Assembly (NCBI GenBank): GCA_051047955.1
Contig: JBPGPT010000054.1
Coordinates: forward strand, 1 to 64,000
Length of the DNA stretch: 64,000 bases
Direction: 5' to 3'
DNA from: Cystobasidiomycetes sp. EMM_F5
Lineage: Eukaryota
A program made the position numbers and the translations under genes. How positions within the stretch are numbered: the stretch's first letter is position 1; the number at the start of each line of letters is the position of its first letter. The notes under the pieces were generated by a model. The model ran no database searches and was not told where the DNA came from. It saw nothing but the letters and a program-made list of their open reading frames with translations. Below, one piece after another: positions 40,134-56,587 of the stretch.

Positions 40134-42401
40134 ATGAGCGCTGGGAAGCCAGGCGACGAGGAGAATGAGCCGCTGTTTACGCGCAACGGGGGAGCGTACC
40201 CTGCGGCGTCGGGGCATGACCATGACGAGGCCGACGAGGATATTTCAGCCATTCCTCCAGTCGCAGCAGGCAACAACGGCGCATACCCACCACCAAGATA
40301 TCAGCTAAAGTCTACGATAACGTCGCGCGAGTACGAGTACGAGGCCGACTCTGACGGGCTCAGCGCAGAGGATGCTGGGCCGCCGCAGCTCGAAGGGCTC
40401 ATGGCCAATGCCCAGAGCCGTGGCAGTATAGACGTCCGGGCTACCAGCATGGCTCGGAGGGGCACCTCGGACAGCGATGCTGGCCCGCCAAATCCTGGAT
40501 TGCACGTCGGCGGCGAAGATGAAGCTCGAGCTGGAGAGGGGTCCCTTTTGGCGGCAGTATCGTACGCAATCTCCGCAATACTCTGCTGCATGCACTGATG
40601 GGACTTGTTTATTTGCAGAAACAGTACGCTTGACCGTCTTGGACGGGAACGGGAGCGTTTGCGTTGACTGATGTCTTGACATTCTCGATGCAAAGTGGCC
40701 AATGCTATACTAGGAGCGGGGATTATTGGTCTGCCCTATGCTGCCCGCGAAGCTGGCTTCCTTACTGGCGTGACGCTACTCGTCCTGCTGGGCGTAATGA
40801 CAGACTGGACGCTGCGTCTGTAAGGTATGCCGAGCCATACCCAGCAACGTCTGTTGACGCCAGCGAATATTCTGTCAGAGTCGTAATCAACGCCAAGCTG
40901 TCTGGCAAGAAGACGTATGTGGACATCATGGAGTCTTGCTTTGGCGCATACGGCAGAGCTGCAGTGTCATTCTTTCAATTTTCATTCGCATTTGGGGGCA
41001 TGTGTGCATTTGCAGTCATTCTCGGAGATACAATTCCTCGTGAGCATCAGCCTCATGATTCATTCCAAAAGACTACATGGTAACCGCTCCTGTGCAGACG
41101 TTCTCAGCGGGCTTTTGCCCGGTATCGCACAAACAGGCATAGGCAGCTTTCTCTTCTCGAGACAGATTGTAGTTGGTCAGTCATAATCGTCCAAAATGGA
41201 TGCGGTCGACTTGCACTGAAAACCGTCGCGCATTAGTCTGCACAACTCTCGGCATTTCTTACCCTTTGTCTCTCTATCGCGATATCGAGAAGCTGAGCAA
41301 GGCATCAGCATTGGCCCTCGTTAGGTACGTTGGCAGTCAGTCTAACATTCGACGTCCCTCCGACTTCCTCTCATCCGTCAACCCGCAGCATGTGTATAAT
41401 CGTCGTGACTGTCGTCTTTGACGGCCCTTCGCTTCCGACTGACCTCAAAGGCGACCCTAGTGCAAGGTTTACCGTAATTTCACCCGGCTTTTTCGAGGCA
41501 GTCGGTGTCATCTCTTTCGCCTACGTCTGTCACCACAACTCGTTGCTCATATATGGGTCGCTCCGGACGCCGACTCTGGACCGGTGGGATAAAGTCACGC
41601 ATATTTCGACGGGCCTCTCCGTCGTTGCTAGCTTGATTATGACCATATCGGGCTACTCAGTATTTGTGAGCCCTGTTAGCTCTCTGATGCGAATCCTCCT
41701 AAATGCCCCGTAATTTGCAGACGGACAAGACCCGAGGCAACATCCTGAACAACTTTCCAGCAGATAGTAAGTTTTCGTTCATACAACGCAGAAGGTACAG
41801 TATGCTGACTTTTGTTTATCAGGTCTATGGGCTAATCTAGCGCGTCTGTGCTTTGGACTGAACATGATGACAACCACGCCGCTCGAATGCTTTGTATGCC
41901 GAGAAGTGTTTGAAAACTACTTCTTTCCCGGTCGCCCCTTCAATCCTAAGCGTCATATCATCGTCACAACGTGTATCGTCGTGTCAGCCATGCTGAGTAC
42001 GTGAGGTGTTTGGCGCACAGGCCCTGTGCACAGGCCTCGCTTACGAACAGATCTGCACAGCTGACTTGTGCTTACTGTTTGCTACAGTCTCTTTAGCGAC
42101 CTGCGATCTTGGTCTAGTGCTCGAAATCACTGGTGGCTTTGGTGCTACATGCCTGGCCTACATATTCCGTAAGTAAACCTCCGTGACCTGTGGCGTTGTG
42201 ACGAGACTCAAGAACGCTCACACTGGTTTTTGCGTTCGCGCGCTTACAGCCGCAGCGTGCAACATCAAACTGTCCAACGACCCGTTTGCTCGTTCAAAAT
42301 GGCCAGCTTGGGCTTCCGTCGCATTCGGCATCGTCGTCATGGTCCTCGCAACTGGCCTATCAATCTTAAAATCTGGTTCGAAACCTCACAAAGTATGTTA
42401 G
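40134..42401 (+). CDS. AAAP-family amino-acid transporter (Avt2/SLC38A11-like)
   Basis: NAILGAGIIGLPYA, FQFSFAFGGMCAF, YPLSLYRDI.KL, GVISFAYVCHHNSLLIYGSL and PLECFVCRE. Confidence 0.9.
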
Positions 42402-42631
42402 AGGCGTACTTCTATATCAGTTGAGCACAGGCCACATAGAGCAGTATGGGGTTCAGTATGTTGTTGTACCATTTATCGAATAAGAAGCTTTGAGGCGTGA
42501 GATGGGCTCAATGCGACGTTCACCATTATGAATCTTGCATACTAACTGAACTGATGCACTACAGCGGATATGCAGGGACTTCGATGCGATGCACTGCCCT
42601 TTTGACTACATGCTATGTGTGTCATGCGCGT

Positions 42632-45158
42632 TCACTCATCATCTGGGCGTGGCTGAGGAGCCTGTTGTCCGCCCCACAGTCCCCTCAGGAACCCGCCTAC
42701 TGCATCTGCACCTGTGCGTTGTTCATTTGATCCGGCTTGTCTTCGAATATCCGGTTGCTGCTGATCTTGCTCAACTACGTCGTCTCCCTCACTCTCCTCG
42801 TCGGTCTGTGTCTCATCACCATTACTAGCACCTGGGAAACCGCCAGGTAAAGCCGCATTGCCTCTTCCTGTCGCCGCAAACTGTTCGAGCTGCGCAATGA
42901 TGGCAGCCTGAGTATCGGGATCCATATCCTCTTCAGCCCCTCCAGCGGCAGGATCACCGGCTACTCTCTGGAGATACTGCATAACTCTTTGCAACAGCCC
43001 AGCATCGCCGGTCGGGTCCCCTTGGCCTGTTCCTCGTCCTCTCGCACTAGTCCCTCTGGCTCGTCCATCGCTGTACAGGGGTGCAAAGTAGCGGTCGTCG
43101 AACCCTCCTCCGTCCCTTGGCGGTAAGGGATCATAAGCGTTCAACAAGCCACGTGAAAGGACGGTGCGTGGTAAGGCGGATCGCAGGGATTGTGGGAGAT
43201 CAGTAGCTACGAGGACATGTCGAAGAATACCTTCCGGCACGGCGTTGTTGGGATAGCTACCCTGCGACCAGAGTTGCAGGCCGGATTGGATGTCGGGATG
43301 TGAAGAGGTGGAGAAAAGGGGACCAGAGGCTCGAATGGTTCTACCCAGCCATGCCATGACCTCGGGTTCTCGCCACAGTGTCTCGCTTCGATGCACATAA
43401 ACGGCTGACAGGAGCTGAAGGATGTACGAAGGTTTGCTGTTTTGAGGAAAGATAGGCACAGTCGCCATCTCAGTACGATTACATCATAAAGAAGGTTGCT
43501 CAACTCACGCATACTGTGCATCCTCGACTTTGGCATGGGGTAAGCGTGACAATTCGGGTGGCACATTCAGACCAAGCTTGTCGAGCAAGATGACTGCAGT
43601 AAGTGGGTATTTCAACATCGCTTGCTGGAGATACTGTGTCGCTGTATCATCTTTTGCATCCGACTTGACAGACGAAGCCTGCAGACTGGCATCTATCTTT
43701 GATTTTCCACTGCCGACAACATCATTGTCGAGATGCCACCTGCTGAGGGCTCGGGCATAGTACAAGCCAGGATACGCTTCGGCGTGCAGATACGAAGACG
43801 GGTTGCTCTGCGCCGTGCTAGACATTGCTTGCGGAAGATGATCTACAAAGTCGATAAACCAAGAGTACTGCTTGCATTTAGGTGCTGTGAAATCGAGACT
43901 GAGTGCGACGAAGCAGATTAGCGCGTAGATCAGACGACTGAACAGCGTGTAGACTGAGCTCACTAGATCAGAGCGCCATACGGATCGTCAAACGGCGAGC
44001 AAGCATACAGCAGCTTTGTATGCTCATGCAAGGTCCTCCACGTTCCCCGCTTCATGAGCGACTGTATCCTCTTTTCAATCGCTCTAAAGAACCCTCTGGA
44101 CTCTATCCTCGTGAAATCGAGTCTGGCATTTCCGTTTTGCAGATTGAAGTTGGGAGCGAGTGCGCGTTCGTAGGCGTATATTGCTCTGTCTAGAAAATCA
44201 GACGACATGCCCTGATCGCCCTGCTGATGAGCCATATCTGACAGCTGGAGGAGATTCTCTACGTGGTATGGGTGTACGTGCATGAGCGCGAGGAGGGAAT
44301 TGGGGTCGTGCGAAGATACTGCCTCGAGGTACATTTGCGTAATCTCGCGGTACGCTCTGCTGTGTTCGAATGACCAGACTGTCTCGCCGGTGGACGACGA
44401 GACTACTTGCATCGACAGGCCTGCTTTTGCCAGTGCAGGATTAGGCCAGCTCTGTAGTGGTCTGGCTAGAAATGTCCCGCCGGCATTGCCGGCGTACTGT
44501 CGGCCCAGTTGATGGTGAGGGTTTCTCGCTCGTGCGCCCACTGGCGTGGACGCAGAGGACTGGTTGGCGGATTGACCTACCACTTTGGCACCAAAGAAGC
44601 GTTTGAGTTCCTGTACTGGATCTAGATGGGACTTGTCGACGGAGAGGAGGGTGCGAAAGTGCGACAGGGTGGTCGTAGTGGCGGTAGCTGAGGATGGATG
44701 TGGTGAAGCGTTGTCGGAGGAAGAGGATGGTCTGGATAGATTACTCAGTCTTGTCATTGAATACCATTCCAATCCATGGCCCACTCGATGCCCAACTCCT
44801 TCAATGCCCGGTCAATATCGTCGAGGTCTTCGTCGTCGTCGTCGTCGTCGAGTATACCTTTCTTCTTCTTCCTCTTCTTCTTCTTCTTGTTCTTGTTTGC
44901 TTTGCTCTTGCTTGAATCACTCGCCATCTTCCTCGTCGCTGTCGCAGTATTCACATCATCCTCGTCGTCTTCTGCATCGTCGTCGTCGTTGTCCAACACT
45001 GCAAACGATGACTTTCCAGACTCGGGCAGTCTAGTTGTTGCCATATCTTGATGAATATCGTTGATGATGTCCATCCCATCACCCTCCCCCAAACTGCTGC
45101 CCACTATCCCAGCCCCAATCTCGTCGTCTTGCTGCCGCCGTCTGCTCCCTCGAGGCAT
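42632..45158 (-). CDS. RQC1: Ribosome quality-control factor Rqc1/TCF25
   Basis: K-rich and D-rich N-terminus, LDP..ELKRFFG, HPYHVENLLQLS, RGTWRT..E..KLL...DDPYG and YDPLPP. Intron at 44732-44784. Confidence 0.88.
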
Positions 45159-45298
45159 GTTTGAATATCGTTGTAATGGAATGAAATGAAACAACGTTTG
45201 GATTATATGAATCAAGCTTGAAATTATTATTCGATATCCAATCCTCAAAACTGCTCTTGACCACTCGACAACTAGACCAAATCGACAGACCAGCAGTC

Positions 45299-48200
45299 AT
45301 GGACGGTGAGGAGCACGGCGATGAGTGTCGAGCATGCTAGATGGATATCCTGATATCGCTCACTCGCAGGCCCGTCGGATCGAACAGACGTCTTTGACAC
45401 CCCAGGCGGCAGGATTCTCTGTGTGGCAGACATCAGAGGTGAGTGGGAGGGTGTACAGAGAGGTTGTAACACGCTGATGGGGTGGTCATCTTTTACCGTT
45501 TATGCCATCCCGTTTACGCCATTCCCCAGGCAAAATATCCAAACTCAACGATCTCGCAAAGCAGCACAATGCAGCCGCAATCATCCACACGGGAGACTTT
45601 GGTTTCTATGGTCTGTAGATGCGTATGCTCGAGCTCCGTCTTCGTCTGACTTTTCCCGCAGACAAGGACTCGATAGACCGCATATCCGACAGGACCCTAC
45701 GGCACCTCGTCCAGTACTCTGCCATCATTGACAATGCTGCCAAAGACCGCCATTTCCCTACGTCCCCAGGCCACACCCTCTCGCTCGGTCAGATGCGGGA
45801 AAAGCTCCTCAACCCTCCGCCAGAACTCATGGCAGACGTAAAGAGGTCAAACCCAAACGCAGACTTTCTCCTGTCCGAGTTTCCAAAACTCGTATCTGGA
45901 GAGTTGAAGCTCGCCGTACCAGTGTATACCGTGTGGGGAGCGTGCGAGGATGTAGCCATTCTGGAAAAGATGAGATTGGCACCCCTGTCGACCATGTCGG
46001 GCACACAGTCTTCTGCTCCGTCCGGCACACCCTCCGAGTACTCGATTCCCAACCTCGCAGTCATTTCAGAAGGTCAAACGAGGTGCATCGTCCTCGGAGG
46101 ACTCAGACTCCGCCTCTTTGGACTAGGTGGTTCAGTCGTCGGACATAAAATGTTTGACAATGGAGAAGGGAGTGCGACGATTGCAGGTGGAAACGGGACA
46201 ATGTGGACCACTGCCCTTCAGATTGGCGAACTGATCGATACTGCTCAGCGGGTGGGTCGATAGAATACGACTGTATCGCAGATTGGCGCACAAACTGACT
46301 TGCCGTGTACATGGCAGGTCTTTGACGCCTCCGAGACACGCCTCTTCATCACGCACGCCAGCGTCGGTCGGGAAGGCTTGCTCGCTCAGGCTGCACTCGC
46401 AATAAAAGCAGACTTTACCCTCTCCGCCTCGCTGCACTTTCGATACGGCTCGTCGTACAATGACATTTCCGTCCAGTCCGACACAGACTCGTACCGCGCA
46501 AAGTTTATACAGGCCAACAGAGGCTTCATGGATGTTTACGATAGCGTAAAGACGCAGGTTGACAATGTCATCGAGTGAGTGGCCGTGTGTGTATGTCAGA
46601 TCTAGAGCTGTCTTTCTAATATGTAAATTTTCGCAGCGAACATCAAAAGAAGCTACTCGCCAATGCTGTAGCCGTCGCAAAGCGTGTTCCGGCAGAAGCA
46701 GGGGAAGAACCAGCGTGGCGAAATTCCTGGCACTGGAATTTACCAGACGTCGCTTCTGGCAGTCTAGTGCTCGACCTTCGCGATGGACGGGTGGGAAGTG
46801 AGATGCGCAGTACCGGTTTCAACTTTGCGTACCGGCTCAAGAGCAATCAGAATAATGCGGGACCGCTTCAGCATCACGGTATTGCCGCCAATGGATTTGT
46901 GAGTGCTCAGCAACAGGACAGAAGACCCCAACAGCAACAGCAGCAGCAGCAGCAGCAACAACAACAACAGCAGCAGCAGCAGCAGCAACAGAATGCGAGA
47001 CCTGCCAACAATGCTGCACCGGGCTCATTCCAGGGAAACACCAATGCTCAGCAAAGACAGGGCGGCAATGCCGGAACATCGCAACAATTGCAGCCGCAGC
47101 AGCAGCAGAACAGACAGGCTACTCCCCAGCCAGCAGTGACAGCTGCTTCCCAATCGTCTGCTGCTACTTCTGTTTCTGCCAGCCAATCTGCAACATCCAA
47201 CAACGCACAGACCTCTTCCCAGCACAGTCGGGCAGGTACCCCGTCAACTCAACCACAACAGCAAAAGCCACAGCAAGCCCAAGCAAACAACGGGCAGCCG
47301 TCTCAGCAGCAGCAGCATCAGAACCGTCAATCCCCGGTACAGCATACGCGGGGCTCTGGATCCGGGTCTGGTTCTGGACCAAGTTCAGATGCGTTTGCCA
47401 ATGCAACGAGCAATGCCTTCCGCTCCAACCATCCGTTTGCTAGAGGTGGTGGTGCGAATGGACGGGGAGGAATCATGCACGGCGGAGTCAACAGGCTCAA
47501 CAGCAACAGCAATCAGAACCAGCCTCAACAGCACGTCTTGACGGCCGAAACTCCTGCTCCATCTGCTCCGAGTGACGCTGCCGAGACTGACAAGAAGGAC
47601 GCTGCGCTGCCATTGGACTCTGCCACGACTACGCCAAAACCTGTCGAAGCTACAAAAGAAGGACAGGTTGCCCGACCTGCCGATGCGAGCTGGCGACGAC
47701 AGGAAGGTGGAGAAGCTGGAGAGCGACGCAGTTCTGGCTTCAACAACAACAAACAGCAGCATCAGCAACAGCAACGAGGAGGTGATAATGGCCGACAATC
47801 GTCTGGCGGAGAAGGTGCTGCTTCCCCCTCACAGCCAAGTGGACCCGAAGGCGGCAACGGCAATAATACCAACTTTAGAGGATCTGGACGAGGTGGTCCG
47901 CGCGGAGGAAGAGGAGGAGGAAGTATGCGCGGATTCCCAAACCAACGGCATGCAAGCAATCAAGGACCTGGTCATCAAGCTCAACAAAGTCAGGACGGAG
48001 CGAGCGGTGACGGTAACAGCACCTCTGCTGCTGCAGTTAATGTAAGCGGTGGAGAGGGTAACAGCAGCGGACCCAACAGCACTGCCGCACCGGGAGCAGG
48101 TGGAGATCGCGGTCGAGGAAGAGGTCGTGGTGGTCGTGGCGGTTTTCATGAGGGAGGTGGTCGTGGTCGTGGAGATGGCAATTTCAGAGGCGGCAACCGC

Positions 48201-48404
48201 GACTTTAGCAGAGGACAAGGACACCGCACAGTATCGTCATCGGATGGGGGCGCTAGTGCTGGCGCCAACAAGAATGCTGGTGGTTCTGCTGATGCGGCAC
48301 CTTCTGCCAGCCCAGCAAAGCCGAATCCACCTGCGTCTGCATCGACCGAGGCACCAAAAGCACCTGCATCTACGCCGGCACCCGCTCCAGCATCGGCATC
48401 GTGA
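45299..48404 (+). CDS. Conserved fungal DUF2433-type metallophosphoesterase-fold protein with a Q/N- and RGG-rich C-terminus
   Basis: RILCVADIRG, IIHTGDFGF, VYTVWGACED, IAGG.GTMWTT.LQIGEL, ADFTLSASLHFRYG and W..SWHWNL.D. Confidence 0.8.
46929..46991 (+). repeat. CAG/CAA trinucleotide tract encoding 21 glutamines
   Basis: Seen directly in the sequence. Confidence 0.95.
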
Positions 48405-48712
48405 GTCGCTTGCAAATCAGTGCGGCTATAGTCTAGCAACAGGACGACCATGATACGCAATCCTGGGGTAATGCACGCATGTCTGTTGCAGTCAAAGCAA
48501 CCGACCAAGACCGACAGCGGATTGCACACTGCAACAGGAAGGATATTCCGCTGCATCGCCGTCAGGATGGCTGCAAGATTGGTGCAACCTGGCGACAAAC
48601 CAAAGCGGGTCGCAGGAAGCCAGGAGAAAGCGGAGAGCGGAAAAGTTGGGCGACTAGCTGCAGACGTTGTTTACGGCCATGATGATGATTGCAGTGAACA
48701 ACGGCCTTGAGG

Positions 48713-51655
<2,943 letters not shown>

Positions 51656-52192
51656 TGGCGACATAGAGACAGATTGTGTTCTCCGTAATGATCTGCGTCC
51701 CTATATCTAGCAATAACAACGCGAATATTGAGTAACATAATCCGCAAATCGTATGGACTGCTAAGTGTGATGTACAGCTTACATAGATACGACAGTAAGC
51801 CGGGGATGAGTGCGTATAGACAAGTGTTGATTTACAAGAGTAACGTGAGCAGAGATACATAAATGAAGGGAAGACTGGCGATGGACCGCATGAGAAATCG
51901 AATGTGACTGTGTGACTGATGATGCCAAGCGTATTCTGCGGCAGACTGTTTTGACTCGTAGGTACGGGATTCTTCACACGGGACTGGCACTCTGACTGTA
52001 CAGTCTATGTTCTACTGCTAGATGTGATGTGCGGATTGACGAGGGATCGCTTGCGCTGCATGGGTAGGGTTATATGAAGCCGTTTTCGCGGACACTGGCG
52101 ATATCTTTTGCAGTAGCCTAGTTACAATGACGTGGACGCCGAGCGTTCCTTCGCGGGTTGTATTGACCGGTCCGCTGGCACTAGTCACGGAA

Positions 52193-55096
52193 TTAATCGC
52201 TCCTCGACAGGAAATCCGAAACGTCTGGGTTTGGCGAATGCTGATCTTCGCGCGAGATGGAAGTCGGCTGTTGCCAGGTCCTGCCTTCGTGCGAATTTGA
52301 TGAAGGTAGAACAGACCCCTGTCCGTTGAAGGCAAAATTCGGGCCCGAAGGCGACGATCCGCCCAGATGCATTGGACTGTAAGGCGTATAAGGGCCGCCC
52401 ATCTGCGCGGCGACTGATTGATGTTGCTGATATAGACCCGCTGTTGATGGCGGAGACAAAGGCGCTCCCGATAACATATGGTGTCCCAAGGTTGCTGGAT
52501 TTATCGGCGCAAAAGCGGAAGGCGAGACTCGGGAGTACGGCCCTCCCGCACTAGTGGACTGTATGTCGCGAGGCCAACCATAGCCTTGCGCACTAGTTGC
52601 GCTTAGCATGGGTTGATACGGGAGACTAGTGCTGACTGGTGCGGCCCCAACACCGGCTGCAATCGACATCGCGTCATACGGTCCAGTATGCTGCGGCTGT
52701 CCCGACCCTACGACAGCGGCACCAGGGCCAAGTGACAGCCCAAGACGGGCCATGTCCATGCGAACAGCGTCAATTTCGCCGGCTGTTGCACTGCGATAGC
52801 CGCCAGCCAAAGCGCTAGCGGAATTGCCATTGTTACCGACAGCAGATGCGATCTGTTTCAGCGTTGAATTGTCTTGACCTTGCACCATCCTCCAGACAGA
52901 TTCGAAGGGAACATGCAGCGCATTGGCGAGCTTCCGTACGTGCTCGACCTGCTTGTCCCCTTGCGATCTGCCCCAAGAGAGGCGAATGCGACTCTTCCCA
53001 TGGATAGGGAAATCGTGCATCTTGGCTATAGCAAGTTCGGCATCTGACCTTCTCACAAACTGCACAAATCCACAACCTTTGTTTGGCGGAACTTTGACAT
53101 AGGTAATCTCGCCGAAATGCTGGAAAAATGTACGCAAAGTGTCTTCAGAAATTGACGCAGGGAGACCGCCCACAAAGACTGTCGTATTGTTTGGATCGCT
53201 ACTGGGCGATAGCGGACTGGTGGGGTAGCTGCCAGGATGAGAAGAGCTGCTACGCAAAGCTGGCGAAGCGCGACTCTGCGACATGTTCATCGGGCTAAGT
53301 ATCCCACTTGACGAAGCGGAGAGTGGCGAACTGATTGGTACATTGAAAGCCGATGCATTCGGGCTGAGCAGCCCCGGAGATCGGCTCTGTCCCAGACCTG
53401 GGCCCGTTAATCCGAAAGGCGCGCTGCCTGAAGCAGACTCGCGCGAAGCAAAGGCTGCTGAGCCTGCAAAGTCGGGCCGCGTAAATGCCGTCCGCTCATT
53501 TCCATCCGGAACGCTGCCCTGTCCTTGATCTTCTATACTGCTTGTCAGGTTGTGGCTGGGAGACGCGGTGCCGTTTTCCCTCGACAATGCTCGTTGCCGC
53601 ATGCCTGTGCCTCCAGGGCCGCTTGCTTCGCTGATTCGCAAAGTTCGACCACGAAGGCTTAAGCCTCCACCAGCTGTATTCTGACCAAGGGCTAGTGACC
53701 GATGCATATCAGCCTCCTCGCCAAAGCGCACAAAGCCGTAGCCACGAGAATATCCGGTCGCTTGATCGTACATGATCTTGGCAGATTTAGTGGATGGGAA
53801 TATCGGAGTAAACAGTGCCTATAGCCAACGACATGATACTTAGCATAGACAGAAGTTGTATAGGCAATGCCATCACGTACCACTAGTTCGCCCTCGGTCG
53901 TCTCCCGACCGATGTCGCCAACGAATACTGAATATTCGCCCTCCCATTTAGGTTGTACACCTGGTAAGCCAGTCGCCCAATTGACTGTAGCGTACAACCA
54001 CGCCTCCTTCAGTATCTTTAAACCGATTGCTCGAAGGGCATCATGCCGACTCACGCTTGAACGTCCTCTCACTGCCTGGCATCAGCATGGGCGGCTGTTT
54101 CGCAAACTGAGCCAGGACAGACTGCGCTTGATGGGCAGCTGGAAAGGTGATGAAGCAGTAACCGCTGGATGTCGAAGCGCCTTTGATCATCTTTACGCTA
54201 GTCAGGATAGATTGGGCACCGCTCTGATCTCGGTCCCACCCCAAGGCAGCTATGCACCGTCGAATATAAGTTTCGTCCATCCACGCTTCTAGATCTCCCA
54301 TCCAAAGCGTGGCTGACGCTCGTTGCCCAGAGTCTACATCGTCGAGTTCGCGCTGCTCTCGAATCGCGCTCAACTGATCAGTATCAGACGCAAATGGTAC
54401 ATCGGAGGGAGCCAAAAGCCGATCTGTGTTGTCCAAGCCGCGAAGGCCCAGGCTTTCAGACGATGTGATTTCGCCGACTAAGCCTGACCCGATATGCACA
54501 TTGCTGCTCGAGCGTTTCCGCTCATATGGCTCGGTCATTGCTACGCCCTCATCTATCGCGCCGTTGAGGAAAGGTGTTTTGTACGACGCACTGCCCACGC
54601 TGTTCCTGTGTGCATGGCTAGCTGTAGCGCTACTAATAGAAGGCCAGGGTGTCGTGTGCTGCTGGGAAGCAGTATGCCCGTGCATGGAAGGTCGAGAAGC
54701 AGTAGATATACTTGCGGGCTGTGTGCTATTGTTGCTGGGAGGACTCGTGCCCAAGCGTCCGCTGCCTATTGCTGCCAAGGGCGACTGTGGCTGCAGAGGT
54801 AAGCCGCTCGAGGATACGCGAGTAGTCAAGTCGGGCCTAGTGGAGAAACGTGGCGAGGTAGCTTCGTCAAATTGTTGCTGTTCCTGTCGCGGACTTCGCG
54901 AGCCAAGCGATAGCGAATTCATGCTGGCATGGAGGGTATTTCCACCCTGTCCCATTCTCGGTGATTTGTTGGATGCTGCATTGTTGGCGTGGTTCTGTGT
55001 ACCAGGCGTTGCGGACGAATCGGCTGCAGAGACACCGCTTGCAGCTTTCCGGGCAGATGTCGGATACGTCCAGGTGGAAAGATTGGAAGCTGCCAT
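52193..55096 (-). CDS. Three-RRM RNA-binding protein, Nam8/Ngr1/Csx1 family
   Basis: TLWMGDLE.WMDE, GYCFITF, LNWATG, EYSVFVGD, SRGYGFVRF, DPNNTTVFVGGL and RIRLSWGRSQ. The exact 3' end is uncertain. Confidence 0.88.
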
Positions 55097-55882
55097 TAGA
55101 CTATGCTGGACGGCTCTTTCGGCCGGGCACGTTACAAGATGTTTGCAGAATACTTGCGATGCGATATGGCACGCAGAAAGCGCGCACTACCTTGCGAGAC
55201 GTGTGAGTTCTTTCAAAACGTGGTGCCGATCCCGGCAGGAACAATCCGGGAAGGTCAGTATCCGACGAGTGTGCTTTCTTGACGGTATGCGCGTATGCCA
55301 GGAGCAGTACAGTATCAGTTGCTATTGCGATAGCCTGTGCCGAAGCCTGTCAGGACTGTATTGGGTCTTGGATATGCTCGGGGACGTCCAAAGTCCGCTG
55401 GATCCTGGCGGAGGTGGAGCAGGCCGCAGCGAGGCGAAACTTGCGTAGGCTGCGTTTAGGATACGATACTGACGGCTGGACTGCTCTTGCGCTGACTCCC
55501 GACTGCGCGATGGACTGATGCCTGTTTATCCGGCGAGAAAGAATGGCTCAAGCTGAAGTTGCTGGCGACTGGCGAAGTGAGCGGCGTGGGCTGGCTGATG
55601 TTGAGCCAACAGCGCGTACAGAATGCTCGCAGACGGGCAGTCGCCCAGCGAGTGTTTCGGTAGGCGGAGAAGCAACATGCAGCGCGCGTAAACGATGTAA
55701 ATGTTGATATTCAGCAAGACAACGAGCGGCAGGCTTGACACAGTGAGCACTATCTCTGTTGCGAGCTGAGGAAAGGTCTCCTGATTCACCCATCGACAAA
55801 GTTGCCCGACAGCGTCGTCTTGTCGTACGTATCCTGCGGCATTCCCAGCGACATCCATCGCGACTGCCTGAAGACTGAACTC

Positions 55883-56479
55883 TTACAACCTTGATGCCTG
55901 ATCCTTGCTTGCTGACGCCAGATCTTGCAGGAAATGCAATTGCATCCCCTCGACGGTGCCGGAGCTACGTAGAGCCAGGTAGGGTCCTCCCGTTCTGTGA
56001 TGCGTCAAGGCGTCTCTGTTTTCGTAGCTGCGGCCAGAGATGAGCCTTGTCGTTAATCAATCAATGAATATTGTTAACTCACTGCTCTACAACCACAAAC
56101 TTGTTGGACTCGGGCCCAGCACCTCTTAAGGCGCGATACCTAAACGACTTGCTTCAGAAGTGTTGCCATTGCATACGCGTTACTTTCCACAACTCACGAT
56201 ATAGTCCCGGGCTCGTTGCTCTTGTCGTTGCAGTATGCCTCGACATCCTTCATCAGTCTTGCAAACTCGTCGGCCTTGTCCGGCTTGGCCGTAACGTGGG
56301 CTTTGTGGTCAGCGAGGCATTCGTCAGTGTCCCTCAGCTGGTGTCAGCGCGGATATCGTGTACCGATGGTGTAGAAGCGGCCTTTGATGTCTTCGCTGCA
56401 TTCACAGGATATCTAATAAGCGGGACAGTCTGGTCTTTTTGCTCAACACTGACTGGGGCATCGGTGGTGCGGCAGCCAT
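55883..56479 (-). CDS. Small ABM (antibiotic biosynthesis monooxygenase)-domain dimeric alpha/beta barrel protein
   Basis: Spliced product reads MAAAPPMPHEDIKGRFYTIAHVTAKPDKADEF...NEPGTISYR...KFVVVE.YENRDALTHHR...QASRL*. It is missed by the ORF track because the exons are short. Confidence 0.8.
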
Positions 56480-56587
56480 GGTGGAGTAGTGGTGAATACG
56501 GTGTTCGAAGGACGCAGCGTTGTGTTGGATGGCAATTGATGTACATGTCTCCGCTTCATCATCATCATCAAGGCACCGTGACATTGA

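Noticed and set aside
44732..44784. Apparent frameshift in RQC1
   Set aside because: Explained by a 53-nt GT-AG intron; similar breaks in NOP14, kinesin, MED13 and CUL3 are also introns.
46764..46988. Poly-Leu ORF resembling a signal peptide
   Set aside because: It is the reverse complement of the CAG/CAA polyQ tract.
54426..55448. 340-aa plus-strand ORF
   Set aside because: Largely antisense to the Nam8-like gene, with no recognisable motif; a shadow ORF.
55526..55858. 110-aa minus-strand ORF upstream of the Nam8-like gene
   Set aside because: No recognisable family or clear splice structure; probably UTR or promoter sequence, though an upstream ORF cannot be excluded.
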